From IMG/VR virus record IMGVR_UViG_2695420658_000002: a stretch of 17,661 nucleotides of DNA; one strand, written 5' to 3'. Under the pieces are notes generated by a model, which saw only the letters and a program-made list of their open reading frames with translations, searched no databases and was not told where the DNA came from. Positions 1 through 8,852 of the stretch are shown one piece after another. A program made the translations under genes and the position numbers. The number at the start of each line of letters is the position of its first letter. Position 1 is the stretch's first letter. This DNA comes from a virus. Its lineage: Duplodnaviria > Heunggongvirae > Uroviricota > Caudoviricetes.

Positions 1-889
1 CCACATCTGCCGCACCAAGACGTTTCCCCATGCCATAGCGCGGATGGGTCAGCATATCCCACAGACACCAGGCCATGTTGTTGCTGTATGCTGGCTTAAG
101 CGTTCCGTCCCAGATACCGCTGTATTGCCGCGTCTGCGGGTTATAGTTCGACGGCACCTGCAGAATGCGCCCGCGAAGATGATAATTACGGCTCACCTGC
201 TGGCTGCCGAACTGCTCCGAATCCACCTGTACGCCGACCAGTGCCGTGTTCGGGTAGCACTGTTTCACATCGATGATTTCGGTGTACGACGACCAGAGCG
301 TTTTGTTCTGCAGCTGGTCTGTGGTGCTGTCCGGTGTCATCCTGCGCATCCGGATATTAAACGGGCGCGGCGGCAGGTTATCCACCACCACCGAGGCCAG
401 ATACTGCGAGGTGGTTTTGCCCTTAATGGTGATGTCTTTTTCCGTCACCCAGCCACCGTTACGCTGTATCTGAACCAGCAGGCGAACTTCAGACGGATTC
501 CTGTCTCCCTTTGAGGTGGTTTCCACCAGTGCCTGTACACCGAAGGTAAAACGCAGTCGGTCAATGTTTGCCGACGTGATGGTCCGGGTGATCGGCGTGT
601 CATATTTCACTTCCGTACCCAGCACCGTCTCGGAGCCGGAGGATTCAAATCCCTCCGGCGGTGACTGCTCCTGCTCACCTGCCCGGAACACCACCGTGAC
701 GCCGGAGATGTTGGTATTCCCCTCACTGTCCAGCACCGGCGTACTGTTCAGCAGCACGCTTTTTAATCCATCCACCGGACCTTCAACCGGCCCTTCGCTG
801 ATGGCATCGATCACACTCAGCAGCTGCGTGGACTTCAGGTTGTCCTTCGCTTCGCGCGGGGTATGCCCCTTACTGCTGCCTTTACCCAT
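1..889 (-). CDS. J: Tail tip attachment / central tail fibre protein J (host specificity), N-terminal part only; gene continues beyond the window edge
   Basis: Minus-strand ATG at 889-887 with GGAG 9 nt upstream; translation begins MGKGSSKGHTPREAKDNLKSTQ, which I recognise as the lambda gpJ N-terminus; frame stays open to position 1. The ORF track omits it because no stop lies in the window. Confidence 0.85.
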   Translation of the reverse strand, partial: MGKGSSKGHTPREAKDNLKSTQLLSVIDAISEGPVEGPVDGLKSVLLNSTPVLDSEGNTNISGVTVVFRAGEQEQSPPEGFESSGSETVLGTEVKYDTPITRTITSANIDRLRFTFGVQALVETTSKGDRNPSEVRLLVQIQRNGGWVTEKDITIKGKTTSQYLASVVVDNLPPRPFNIRMRRMTPDSTTDQLQNKTLWSSYTEIIDVKQCYPNTALVGVQVDSEQFGSQQVSRNYHLRGRILQVPSNYNPQTRQYSGIWDGTLKPAYSNNMAWCLWDMLTHPRYGMGKRLGAADV

Positions 890-900
890 TCGTCATGCTC

Positions 901-929
901 CATAAACGATAAAACCGCCCGGAGGCGAT
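901..929 (-). terminator. Terminator-like hairpin plus U-rich tract in the I-J intergenic region (possible attenuator)
   Basis: Sense RNA AUCGCC-UCCG-GGCGGU (6-bp stem with one U.G pair, 4-nt loop) followed by UUUUAUCGUUUAU, then the J Shine-Dalgarno. Confidence 0.35.
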
Positions 930-949
930 TTCACATAAAACATTTTGCA

Positions 950-1621
950 TCAGCGACCAATCACCACAACCTGACCACCGTCCCCTTCGTCTGCCGTGCT
1001 GATCTCCTGAGATACCACACGTGACCCCACGCGCATTTCACCATACAGAACAGGCATAACATTGCCCTGGGCAACCATGTTATCCAGTGAGGAGAAATAG
1101 GTGTTCTGCTTACCGTTATCCGTTGTCTGTGTGCGGGGAGTTCTGGCTTTCGGTGCCAGCATCTGAGCCACACCGCCGAGCACCATACTGGCACCGAGAG
1201 AAAACAGAATGCCGGTCATACCACCGGCACCAATGGCAGCCCCCCATGCTGCAAGGGTGGCTCCGGCGGTAAAGAATGATCCGGCAATGGCGGCTGCTCC
1301 CAGGACAATCTGGAATACACCACCTGACTTGGCCCCGGCGACTCTGGGAACAATATGAATCACAGCGCCGTCAGGCAGAGCCTCATGTAACTGTGCCGTT
1401 AATCCGGACGTGCTAACATCCTGCCCGGCAATACGCACCTGATACCAGCCGTCGCTCAGCTTCTGACGAAACGCAGGGAGCTGTGTGGCCATCGCCCGGA
1501 TGGCTTCGGCACCCGTTTTCACACGAAGGTCGATGCGGCGGCCAAATCGTTGCAAATCCCCGTAAAGGCAGATGCGTGCCATGCCCGGTGACGCCAGAGG
1601 GAGTGTGTGCGTCGCTGCCAT
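950..1621 (-). CDS. I: Tail assembly protein I (ubiquitin-like N-terminal domain, Gly/Ala-rich hydrophobic middle)
   Basis: 223-aa ORF recognised as lambda gpI (MAATHTLPLASPGMARICLYGDLQRF...); 672 nt, same length as the lambda gene; ATG at 1621; overlaps K by 103 nt. Confidence 0.9.
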   Translation of the reverse strand: MAATHTLPLASPGMARICLYGDLQRFGRRIDLRVKTGAEAIRAMATQLPAFRQKLSDGWYQVRIAGQDVSTSGLTAQLHEALPDGAVIHIVPRVAGAKSGGVFQIVLGAAAIAGSFFTAGATLAAWGAAIGAGGMTGILFSLGASMVLGGVAQMLAPKARTPRTQTTDNGKQNTYFSSLDNMVAQGNVMPVLYGEMRVGSRVVSQEISTADEGDGGQVVVIGR

Positions 1622-2262
1622 TTGTCGGTATACCTCTCTCGTTTGCTCAGTTGTTCAGGAATATGGTGCAGCAGCCCGCCGTCACCGCAGTAAATGGCGG
1701 CATGATTCGGCACCGATGAACCAAAACAGCACAGCAGCACATCGCCCGGCTGCGCCGCTGACAACGGCACCTGATACAGCCCTGTGGCCTCCAGATTATC
1801 CAGATAGAGATTCTGACCGTGACGCCACCAGTCATCCTCACGATGAAAATCCGGCATCTCAATCCCCGCCAGATGGTAAGCATCCCGGAACAGCGTGTAA
1901 CAGTCCGTCACCCCGTGCTCAAAGCGCCGCCCGGTGAGATGCGGCACACAGCGGAACTTGTGAATCGCCCCCCGGCAGACCAGCCACCACGGCAAATCAC
2001 TCTGCACCTGCAGCCGCCGGTCGGCCTCACTCAGCCAGGGCAGACCACCGGGGTGGCTGTGGACCAGTGCCACAATCTCACCCTGCATCTCTGCCTGCAG
2101 CCAGTCTTCCGGCGACATACGGAAATACGCCTCCGGCTCACCGGAGATATTCACGCAGGGGAAATATCTTTCCCCCTCCGGCGTTCTTACCACGAAGCCG
2201 CACGACTCCGCTGGAGCACATCGCCGGGCGTGCGCCAGAATCGCTGATTCTGTCTCTGTCAT
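1519..2262 (-). CDS. K: Tail assembly protein K (JAB/MPN + NlpC/P60 domains); long form from the ATG 5 nt after the L stop; the reference-style start would be the internal ATG at 2118
   Basis: 247-aa ORF; HSHPGGLPWLSEAD JAMM motif, E-x2-G (PAESCGFVV) upstream, NlpC/P60-like Cys (TDCYTLF) and His (PNHAAIY). The C-terminal 199 aa correspond to lambda K as I recall its annotation. Confidence 0.8.
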   Translation of the reverse strand: MTETESAILAHARRCAPAESCGFVVRTPEGERYFPCVNISGEPEAYFRMSPEDWLQAEMQGEIVALVHSHPGGLPWLSEADRRLQVQSDLPWWLVCRGAIHKFRCVPHLTGRRFEHGVTDCYTLFRDAYHLAGIEMPDFHREDDWWRHGQNLYLDNLEATGLYQVPLSAAQPGDVLLCCFGSSVPNHAAIYCGDGGLLHHIPEQLSKRERYTDKWQRRTHSLWRHRAWHASAFTGICNDLAAASTFV

Positions 2263-2267
2263 GGGAT

Positions 2268-2966
2268 TTACTGCGAAAGTTTGTTAATGGAAAGGAAGCC
2301 GCCAAAGTTGCCGACGTTATTGCGAAACTTACAGCCACTCAGGCATTTGCTGCATTTATCCTTCGTGATGTCGGACGTTGGCTGGTCATATTCATCCGCG
2401 ACCGCCGGACCGTGATAACCGCACTCATCGCCGCGATAGGTCCAGGTGCAGGTGTTGGCCAGCATGATACGTCCCGGAAAAACAGCGCCATCTGTTTCCG
2501 TCGGCGTGGACAGTACAAAAGAGGCACTCACCGCGCTCAGTTCGCTGCACTGCTCAATGCGCCAGCGGCTGATCACCTCCTGCTCCGGATCGGCGTCACT
2601 GTTTCCGTTGACGAAGTTCACCGCATCCAGAAAACGGGCGTAAACCTTACGCCGGACCACCGTTCCGCCGACCAGACTCTGTAGATCTTCCGCCATCCCG
2701 GTGACCATACCGTACAGGTTAGAAACCATCAGCGTGGGGCGCGTACTGGTGCCTTTGCCATTCAGTTCAAAACCACTCCCCTGAATGGGATACGGCTGAT
2801 ACTGTCGCCCCTGCCAGGTGACCGGCTCACCTTTTTCGTTCTGCTCATTACAGAAAAAATAACGTTCTCCACCGACCTCTGTCAGATCGATTTCCCAGAG
2901 CACCACGCTGGCCGACTGCTCCGCACGGGTGCATTCATTCAGTGTTTCCTGCCGGATATCCTGCAT
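2268..2966 (-). CDS. L: Tail tip protein L (C-terminal Cys cluster)
   Basis: 232-aa ORF recognised as lambda gpL (MQDIRQETLNECTRAEQSASVVLWEIDL...); 699 nt as in lambda; start ATG overlaps the M stop by 1 nt (TGATG). Confidence 0.9.
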   Translation of the reverse strand: MQDIRQETLNECTRAEQSASVVLWEIDLTEVGGERYFFCNEQNEKGEPVTWQGRQYQPYPIQGSGFELNGKGTSTRPTLMVSNLYGMVTGMAEDLQSLVGGTVVRRKVYARFLDAVNFVNGNSDADPEQEVISRWRIEQCSELSAVSASFVLSTPTETDGAVFPGRIMLANTCTWTYRGDECGYHGPAVADEYDQPTSDITKDKCSKCLSGCKFRNNVGNFGGFLSINKLSQ

Positions 2967-3295
2967 CAGTTCACCACCTGTTCAAACTCTGCGCTGAACT
3001 CAACACGCAGCATACTGACCCGCGACGACCATTTTGCGCAGGTCACCTTTATCTGCCGCCACTCATAAGGCGGCGTCCACAGAAAGGCTTTCCAGCCCCC
3101 GTGCTCTTCCAGAAACGACTCCAGTACCATGGCCTCCTCACGGGGGACAGAAAGCGTCACGCTGTACGTTTTCAGGTTGGCATTCAGCCCGGCAGGCGCT
3201 CGCTGGGAATAGCCATCACCAAAGCGCACCTTTCTTACAGAAGGGGCCGAAGCCACATCCATACCGGGTTTCACTTTCCAGCGGAAGGTTTTCAT
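2966..3295 (-). CDS. M: Tail tip protein M
   Basis: 109-aa ORF recognised as lambda gpM (MKTFRWKVKPGMDVASAPSVRKVRFGDGYSQRAPAGLNANLKTYSV...); 330 nt as in lambda; 4-nt overlap with the H stop. Confidence 0.9.
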   Translation of the reverse strand: MKTFRWKVKPGMDVASAPSVRKVRFGDGYSQRAPAGLNANLKTYSVTLSVPREEAMVLESFLEEHGGWKAFLWTPPYEWRQIKVTCAKWSSRVSMLRVEFSAEFEQVVN

Positions 3296-5911
3296 CGTCC
3301 ACCTCCGGAGAACAGGCCACCATCACGCATCTGTGTCTGAATTTCATCACGGGCACCCTTGCGGGCCATGTCATACACGGCCTTCATCATCTGTGGACCT
3401 GGCAGACCATTCGTACCGTCGTTCTGAATCACCACGTGATTGTTCTGATTAAAATTAATGCCTTCAGCCCGCCGCATCTGCGCCGGACTTCCGGCACCGC
3501 CCACATAACCACCTTCCGCATAGCCGCGCATCAGCCGGTAGAGATTCCCCACGCCAATCCGGCTGGTTGCCTCCTTCGTGAAGACAAATTCACCACGGTG
3601 AACAATCCCCGCTGGCTCATATTTGCCGCCGGTTCCCGTAAATCCCCCGGTTGCAAAATGGAATTTCACCGCAGCGGCCTGAATGGCTGTACCACCTGAC
3701 GCGGATGCGCCGCCACCAACAGCCCCGCCAATGGCGCTGCCGATACTCCCGACAATCCCCACCATTGCCTGCTTAAGCAGAATTTCTGTCATCATGGACA
3801 GCACGGAGCGGGTGAAGCTGCGCCAGTTCTGTTCACTGCCGGTCAGCATCGCCGCCATATTCTGTGCAATACCATCAAAGGTCTGCGTGGCTGCACTTTT
3901 AACCTGTGACATACTGTCCGTGGCGCTCTCTTCCCACTCACTCCAGCCGGACTTCAGGCCTGCCATCCAGCTCCCGCGAAGCTGGTCTTCAGCCGCCCAG
4001 GTCTTTTTCTGCTCTGACATGACGTTATTCAGCGCCAGAGGATTATCGCCATACTGTTCCTTCAGGCGCTGTTCCGTGGCTTCCCGCGCTGCCTGCCGGT
4101 CAGTCAGCCCCCGGTTTTTCGCATCAATGGCTGCCCGTTTTGCCCGTTGCTGCTGTGCGAATTTATCCGCCTGCTGCGCCAGCGCATTCAGGTGCTCCNN
4201 NNNNNNNNNNNNNNNNNNNNNNNNNNNNNNNNNNNNNNNNNNNNNNNNNNNNNNNNNNNNNNNNNNNNNNNNNNNNNNNNNNNNNNNNNNNNNNNNNNNN
4301 NNNNNNNNNNNNNNNNNNNNNNNNNNNNNNNNNNNNNNNNNNNNNNNNNNNNNNNNNNNNNNNNNNNNNNNNNNNNNNNNNNNNNNNNNNNNNNNNNNNN
4401 NNNNNNNNNNNNNNNNNNNNNNNNNNNNNNNNNNNNNNNNNNNNNNNNNNNNNNNNNNNNNNNNNNNNNNNNNNNNNNNNNNNNNNNNNNNNNNNNNNNN
4501 NNNNNNNNNNNNNNNNNNNNNNNNNNNNNNNCTTCACGCCGGACTGTTTCGGCTTTTTCAGCGTCGCTTCATAATCCTTTTTCGCCGCCGCCATCAGCGT
4601 GTTGTAATCTGCCTGCAGGATTTTTCCGTCTTTCAGTGCCTTGTTCAGTTCTTCCTGACGGGCGGTATATTTCTCCAGCGGCGTCTGCAGCCGTTCGTAA
4701 GCCTTCTGCGCCTCTTCGGTATATTTCAGCCGTGACGCTTCGGTATCGCTCTGCTGCTGCGCATTTTTGTCCTGTTGACGCTGTTGATCTACCCTCTTTT
4801 GGGCTGCATCCCGCTCCAGGCGTTTTTTTTCACGATCATCCCAGTAACGCGCCCGTGCTTCATCGTTAACGAAATAATCATCCTTGCGCAGATTCCAGAT
4901 GTCGTCTGCTTTCTTAAACGCAGCCTCTGCCTTAATCAGCATCTCCTGCGCGGTATCAGGACGACCAATATCCAGCACCGCATCCCACATGGATTTGAAT
5001 GCACGTGCAGTCCTGTCTGCCCAGGTCTCCAGCGTGCCCATGTTCTCTTTCAGGCGGCGGGTCTGGTCATCAAACCCTTTCGTTGCGGCCTCGTTCGCCG
5101 CCTGCAATGCCCCGGCTTCATCGCCGGAACGCTGCAACTGAGCAACATACGCAATCTGCTCCGCCGTCACGTTATGGAACTGGCGTGCCATCGCCGTCAG
5201 CCCCGACGTCGGGTCTGTGGTCAGCTTCCCGAAGGCTTCAGCGACCTTGTCCACCTCCACGCCGGATGCATAGGAGAAACGCGCCACACTCTGGCTGATG
5301 GACGCAATCTGAGCCTCACCGCTTACCCCCGCCTTAACCAGTGCGCTGAGTGACTCGCTGGTCTGGTTAAACGTCAGCCCTGCCGCCTGCCCGGCTCTGG
5401 ACAGGACCAGCATACGATCTGCCGTCAGTCCCGCCTGATTACCGGAAAGGACCAGCGTTTTGTTGAAATCGGACAGGGTTGAGTTGCCCTGATACCAGGC
5501 ATACGCCAGCGCACCGGTCGCCACCGCCAGCGAGGTGGCCCCCACCATCGGCAGGGTGATCGCGCCGGCAAGCCCCCTGAACATGGGGATCATCCCGCCG
5601 AAGGAGTCCTTAACCTGACCACCCTGTTGCAGCAGGATCAGCCAGGGATTCTGCCCCCCTGCAAGCTGCGTGGCCACGTCGGTGAACTGTGCAGGCAGCA
5701 TACGCATGGCGGCTTTATACTGCCCGACGGAAATCCCCGCTTTCTGTGCAGCCAGCGCCTGTCGGCTCAGCGACTGTTCAACGACTGCCGCTGTTTTTTT
5801 CGCATCACTTTCCGTACCGGAAAAATGACGCCTGACTCTGGCCATCTGCTCGTCAAATCTGGCCGCATCCAGACTCAAATCAACGACCAGATCGCCTACC
5901 GGTTCAGCCAT
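3292..5911 (-). CDS. H: Tail tape measure protein H, interrupted by a 333-nt N run; reading frame differs across the run
   Basis: N-terminal 460 codons (5911-4532) begin MAEPVGDLVVDLSLDAARFDEQMARV...; the C-terminal segment (4197-3292) reads EHLNALAQQADKFAQQQRA...MSEQKKTWAAEDQL...GGLFSGGGR. Both are recognisable as lambda gpH. H start overlaps the T stop by 8 nt, as in lambda. Confidence 0.8.
4199..4531. other. Masked/unknown sequence (333 N) inside gene H
   Basis: Run of n characters in the sequence. Confidence 1.
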
Positions 5912-6338
5912 ACCGGACTCCTCCTGCGATCCCTTCTGATACTGTCATCAGCATTACGTCATCCTCCGTCATGTCCGCCACATCCGGGGAAGCGGGGATA
6001 ACTTCATTCCCGTCCGGGCCAAAGCGGACACCTCCGGCAAGCCCTGCCGCTTTCTGCATCAGCACATCATCTTCAGGCTCTTCGTCAGCCTCGCGCCGGT
6101 TCAGCAGACTGAAATCCAGCGGATGCATCTCCGGATCGCTGAAAAACAGGCTGAGCACGGTGTACGTCAGCCCGGAAAAGTGCATATCCAGCAGAACATC
6201 ATGAAAATAATGGGTACTGTAAAAGCGGTGCCAGTCGGCATACTCCGTGGATGACATCCCGGCAAGCATGGCGCGCCAGTCGGGTCGCCCCATCTCACGC
6301 GCCAGTTTCAGGGCAAAACTCAGCTCACCGTCGAACAC
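5904..6338 (-). CDS. T: T-frame portion of the tail assembly chaperone G-T fusion, expressed by -1 programmed ribosomal frameshift from G
   Basis: 144-codon open frame in the -1 frame relative to G, overlapping the G 3' end; 435 nt as for lambda T; the slippery heptamer sits at its 5' end. Confidence 0.85.
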   Translation of the reverse strand: MFDGELSFALKLAREMGRPDWRAMLAGMSSTEYADWHRFYSTHYFHDVLLDMHFSGLTYTVLSLFFSDPEMHPLDFSLLNRREADEEPEDDVLMQKAAGLAGGVRFGPDGNEVIPASPDVADMTEDDVMLMTVSEGIAGGVRYG

Positions 6339-6742
6339 TTTCCCGCAGAAACAGGCTCTGCAGGCCCGGCGTCCTCTGCCTGTTCAGGAGCATCATTCAC
6401 CACAAACTCATACATACCGGACAGCCGGTACACCACGTTTTCAGCATGAGAAATTGCCTCTGTGGGCCAGGTGGTAAGCACTTCCTGCTCAATCTGTTTA
6501 ACGGCTTCATTCATGGACGGCATCTGCGTCTTCTTCGGATGGTTATGCCACAGGGACATCGCAACCACAAAAGCGCCGGTTCTGATGGCGTCTTCCACAG
6601 TAAACTTCCGGTTGCTGTCTGACTCCGCCTGTTCTGCCTGCCGTTTCATCAGGTCGAGATGCTCAATACGCTGCAGGGCTGACAGTTCAGAAAGCGTGAC
6701 GGTCACACCGTTATGTTCAAATGATTCGGTTTTCAGGAACAT
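6320..6742 (-). CDS. G: Tail assembly chaperone G
   Basis: 140-aa ORF recognised as lambda gpG (MFLKTESFEHNGVTVTLSELSALQRIEHLDLMKRQAEQAE...); 423 nt as in lambda. Confidence 0.9.
   Translation of the reverse strand: MFLKTESFEHNGVTVTLSELSALQRIEHLDLMKRQAEQAESDSNRKFTVEDAIRTGAFVVAMSLWHNHPKKTQMPSMNEAVKQIEQEVLTTWPTEAISHAENVVYRLSGMYEFVVNDAPEQAEDAGPAEPVSAGKCSTVS
6338..6344 (-). promoter_or_regulatory. -1 programmed ribosomal frameshift slippery site G_GGA_AAG (G to G-T)
   Basis: Minus-strand sense GGGAAAG (plus-strand ctttccc at 6338-6344), 5 codons upstream of the G stop at 6320-6322. Confidence 0.8.
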
Positions 6743-6757
6743 CGCTGACTCTCCGGA

Positions 6758-7498
6758 TTAACTGGCGGTGACGTTGATTTCTGCAACCGCAGCAAACTCA
6801 CCATTACCAGATACGACCGGAATGTTGACCTTGCCTGCAGCAACACCTTTCACGGTGATGGTCATACCACTGACCGACACGGTGGCTTTTGTTTTATCCG
6901 CAGACACCGCACGGAAGCTCTTGTCGGTTGCGCCATCCGGCTGGAATGCCACGGTCAGCGTGGTGCTCTGCCCTTTCACTACGGAAGCACTGGCGGGTGT
7001 CACCGTCATGCCGGTCGTCGCCGTCACCGTGCTGCGATCTTCTGCCATCGACGGACGTCCCACATTGGTGACCTTCACCGTGCGGGTAATCACCTCCTTC
7101 GCCGTCACCGCCTTACCGATACTGCTGACCCAGCCACGGAACACATCGACCGTGCCGTTCGGGAAGCGGATTTTATAGGCACGGGTATCACCTTCATTAA
7201 ACCACGCCAGCAGCGCCTGCTGCCCCTGCTCTCCGGGCATCCACGCCAGCGTGAAGCTGGTATCTCCGGCAGATTTCTGCCCCTGCCCGGTCGCAGTCCA
7301 GTCTGCATCTTCATCATCGAGATAGCTGTCGTCATAGGACTCAGCGGTCAGTTCGCCGGGCGTCAGGTCTTTAACTTTTGCCAGACGCGACCAGTCAACG
7401 TCTGAAAGCGGGTTCGCATAAGGGTCACCGCTCCCCTTATAAACCCACAGGGTGGTCCCGGCACCTTTCACCGGCATTGTAGGATTTGGTACAGGCAT
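6758..7498 (-). CDS. V: Major tail tube protein V
   Basis: Translation from the ATG at 7498 begins [31 protein letters not shown] (lambda gpV); 741 nt as in lambda. The track ORF begins 10 codons upstream at 7528. Confidence 0.9.
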   Translation of the reverse strand: MPVPNPTMPVKGAGTTLWVYKGSGDPYANPLSDVDWSRLAKVKDLTPGELTAESYDDSYLDDEDADWTATGQGQKSAGDTSFTLAWMPGEQGQQALLAWFNEGDTRAYKIRFPNGTVDVFRGWVSSIGKAVTAKEVITRTVKVTNVGRPSMAEDRSTVTATTGMTVTPASASVVKGQSTTLTVAFQPDGATDKSFRAVSADKTKATVSVSGMTITVKGVAAGKVNIPVVSGNGEFAAVAEINVTAS

Positions 7499-7505
7499 AG
7501 CGTCC

Positions 7506-7901
7506 TCACATTTCATAGATAATGACATAAGTCAGATCGGCTGAACTCCACAGGCCCGCATCATCGTCGCGCCGGTAGTCATAGCCGCTGGCCACCATAC
7601 TGGTGATCAAATCTGACAGTGCCGGGATATCGCTCATCACAGGATAAATCCGGGACTCCATCCACGAATCCAGCTCTGAATCCGGCACCTGAGCAGGCAG
7701 GAAAACTTCAATATGCAGCTCCGCCTGCCAGGTATCGCTGTCCAGCTCTTCGCCCGTGTATTCAGCGCCGGTGAGATAAACGGCAATTGCCGGAAAATCT
7801 TCCTCATCAAAAACAGCGGGGCGACCATCAAAAAGCGTCGCCCCGGTGTCATGCTTCTCCAGTGCATCCAGTACGGCTGCACGGAGTTCAGTATGTTTCA
7901 T
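7506..7901 (-). CDS. U: Tail terminator protein U
   Basis: 131-aa ORF recognised as lambda gpU ([43 protein letters not shown]...); ATGA overlap with the Z stop. Confidence 0.9.
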   Translation of the reverse strand: MKHTELRAAVLDALEKHDTGATLFDGRPAVFDEEDFPAIAVYLTGAEYTGEELDSDTWQAELHIEVFLPAQVPDSELDSWMESRIYPVMSDIPALSDLITSMVASGYDYRRDDDAGLWSSADLTYVIIYEM

Positions 7902-8476
7902 CGCTTTATTACCATTCTCAGTTGATGCTGCAGCGCATAGCCCAGCTCTTTCGGAAGACGTTCACGCCGTATCCGTTCAATATTCTGTTTAAACGCCGTG
8001 GTCAGCGGCACCGCCATCGGGATTTTCACCACATCAATGGGGTAACGGTTTTTCCCGGCCACACGCTGCATAACATGCCACCGGCCGTTTTTCAGTTGCT
8101 GAATAAACGCGCCGGGAATACGACGGTTACCCACCACAAGCACGCTGCCGCCACCTTTCAGGGATGAACGCTGCCCCTTTTTATGACGCCTGCGGCGGGA
8201 CAGGACAACCCGCGCATTACCCAGCTTGATTACGGGCAAATCCCCCCGGTTAACTTTGATTCTGGCCTGCGGATTTTTGACCGTGGCCCTTTTCAGCCTG
8301 GCCCTTTCCTTTACCAGTTTCCGGCGTACCTTTGTCTCACGGGCAACCTGTGACGCAGACTGCGATATCGCGGATGAAGCAACGCGGTTAATGGCCATTG
8401 CGGCGGCACCGGGCACCGCCGTTTTGCTGATACGGCTGAGGTTTTCAACGGCCTGCTCAAGACCTTTTATGGCCAT
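7898..8476 (-). CDS. Z: Tail completion protein Z
   Basis: 192-aa ORF recognised as lambda gpZ (MAIKGLEQAVENLSRISKTAVPGAAAMAINRVASSAISQ...); 579 nt as in lambda. Confidence 0.9.
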   Translation of the reverse strand: MAIKGLEQAVENLSRISKTAVPGAAAMAINRVASSAISQSASQVARETKVRRKLVKERARLKRATVKNPQARIKVNRGDLPVIKLGNARVVLSRRRRHKKGQRSSLKGGGSVLVVGNRRIPGAFIQQLKNGRWHVMQRVAGKNRYPIDVVKIPMAVPLTTAFKQNIERIRRERLPKELGYALQHQLRMVIKR

Positions 8477-8487
8477 ACATCCCCCTT

Positions 8488-8841
8488 TCAGCGGCGACGG
8501 TTAACGGCAGGCGGTACGCCCCGTCCAAGCCAGAGATGACAACTTCCGCCATCATCCGGCGAAACCCGATCTACCCAGAAATTTTCCTCACCGATGGTCA
8601 GCGTGTCTCCACGCCGCAGCTGCCGCACCTCATCAGTCCGGACAAACAGGGACGGGCTGGAGCCTTCAACGCGCACGCCCTGTCCGGCATAGCTGATATT
8701 TTCAGGGTCATCAAAAACACCACGTATCACCGCACCTGACTGCTCACCGGATGTCATGGTGGCTGACGTTCCCATGTACCCGCGTATCGTTTCATCGGCG
8801 CGGGCAATGGCAGCATCGAACAGGTTATCGAAATCAGCCAC
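8488..8841 (-). CDS. FII: Head-tail joining protein FII
   Basis: 117-aa ORF recognised as lambda gpFII (MADFDNLFDAAIARADETIRGYMGTSATMTSGEQ...); first codon is GTG, with GGGAGG 5 nt upstream. Confidence 0.9.
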   Translation of the reverse strand: MADFDNLFDAAIARADETIRGYMGTSATMTSGEQSGAVIRGVFDDPENISYAGQGVRVEGSSPSLFVRTDEVRQLRRGDTLTIGEENFWVDRVSPDDGGSCHLWLGRGVPPAVNRRR

Positions 8842-8852
8842 AGCGCCTCCCG

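Noticed and set aside
44-905. Plus-strand ORFs 44-514 and 516-905 (156 and 129 aa)
   Set aside because: They lie antisense to the clearly recognisable J coding frame; the translations are Arg/Pro/Ser-rich and low-complexity, typical of shadow ORFs in GC-rich coding DNA.
3683-4869. ORFs 3683-4735, 4140-4574 and 4147-4869 spanning the first N run
   Set aside because: Their length comes from translating n characters as X; they are artefacts of the masked block and also antisense to H.
4163-5911. 582-aa ORF presented as a complete gene
   Set aside because: It is the N-terminal part of H read through the N run; the stop at 4163 arises only because the N-run length shifts the frame. The true H continues to 3292.
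7499-7528. 10-codon N-terminal extension of V ([10 protein letters not shown]...)
   Set aside because: It overlaps the end of U; the recognised V N-terminus is MPVPNP from the ATG at 7498.
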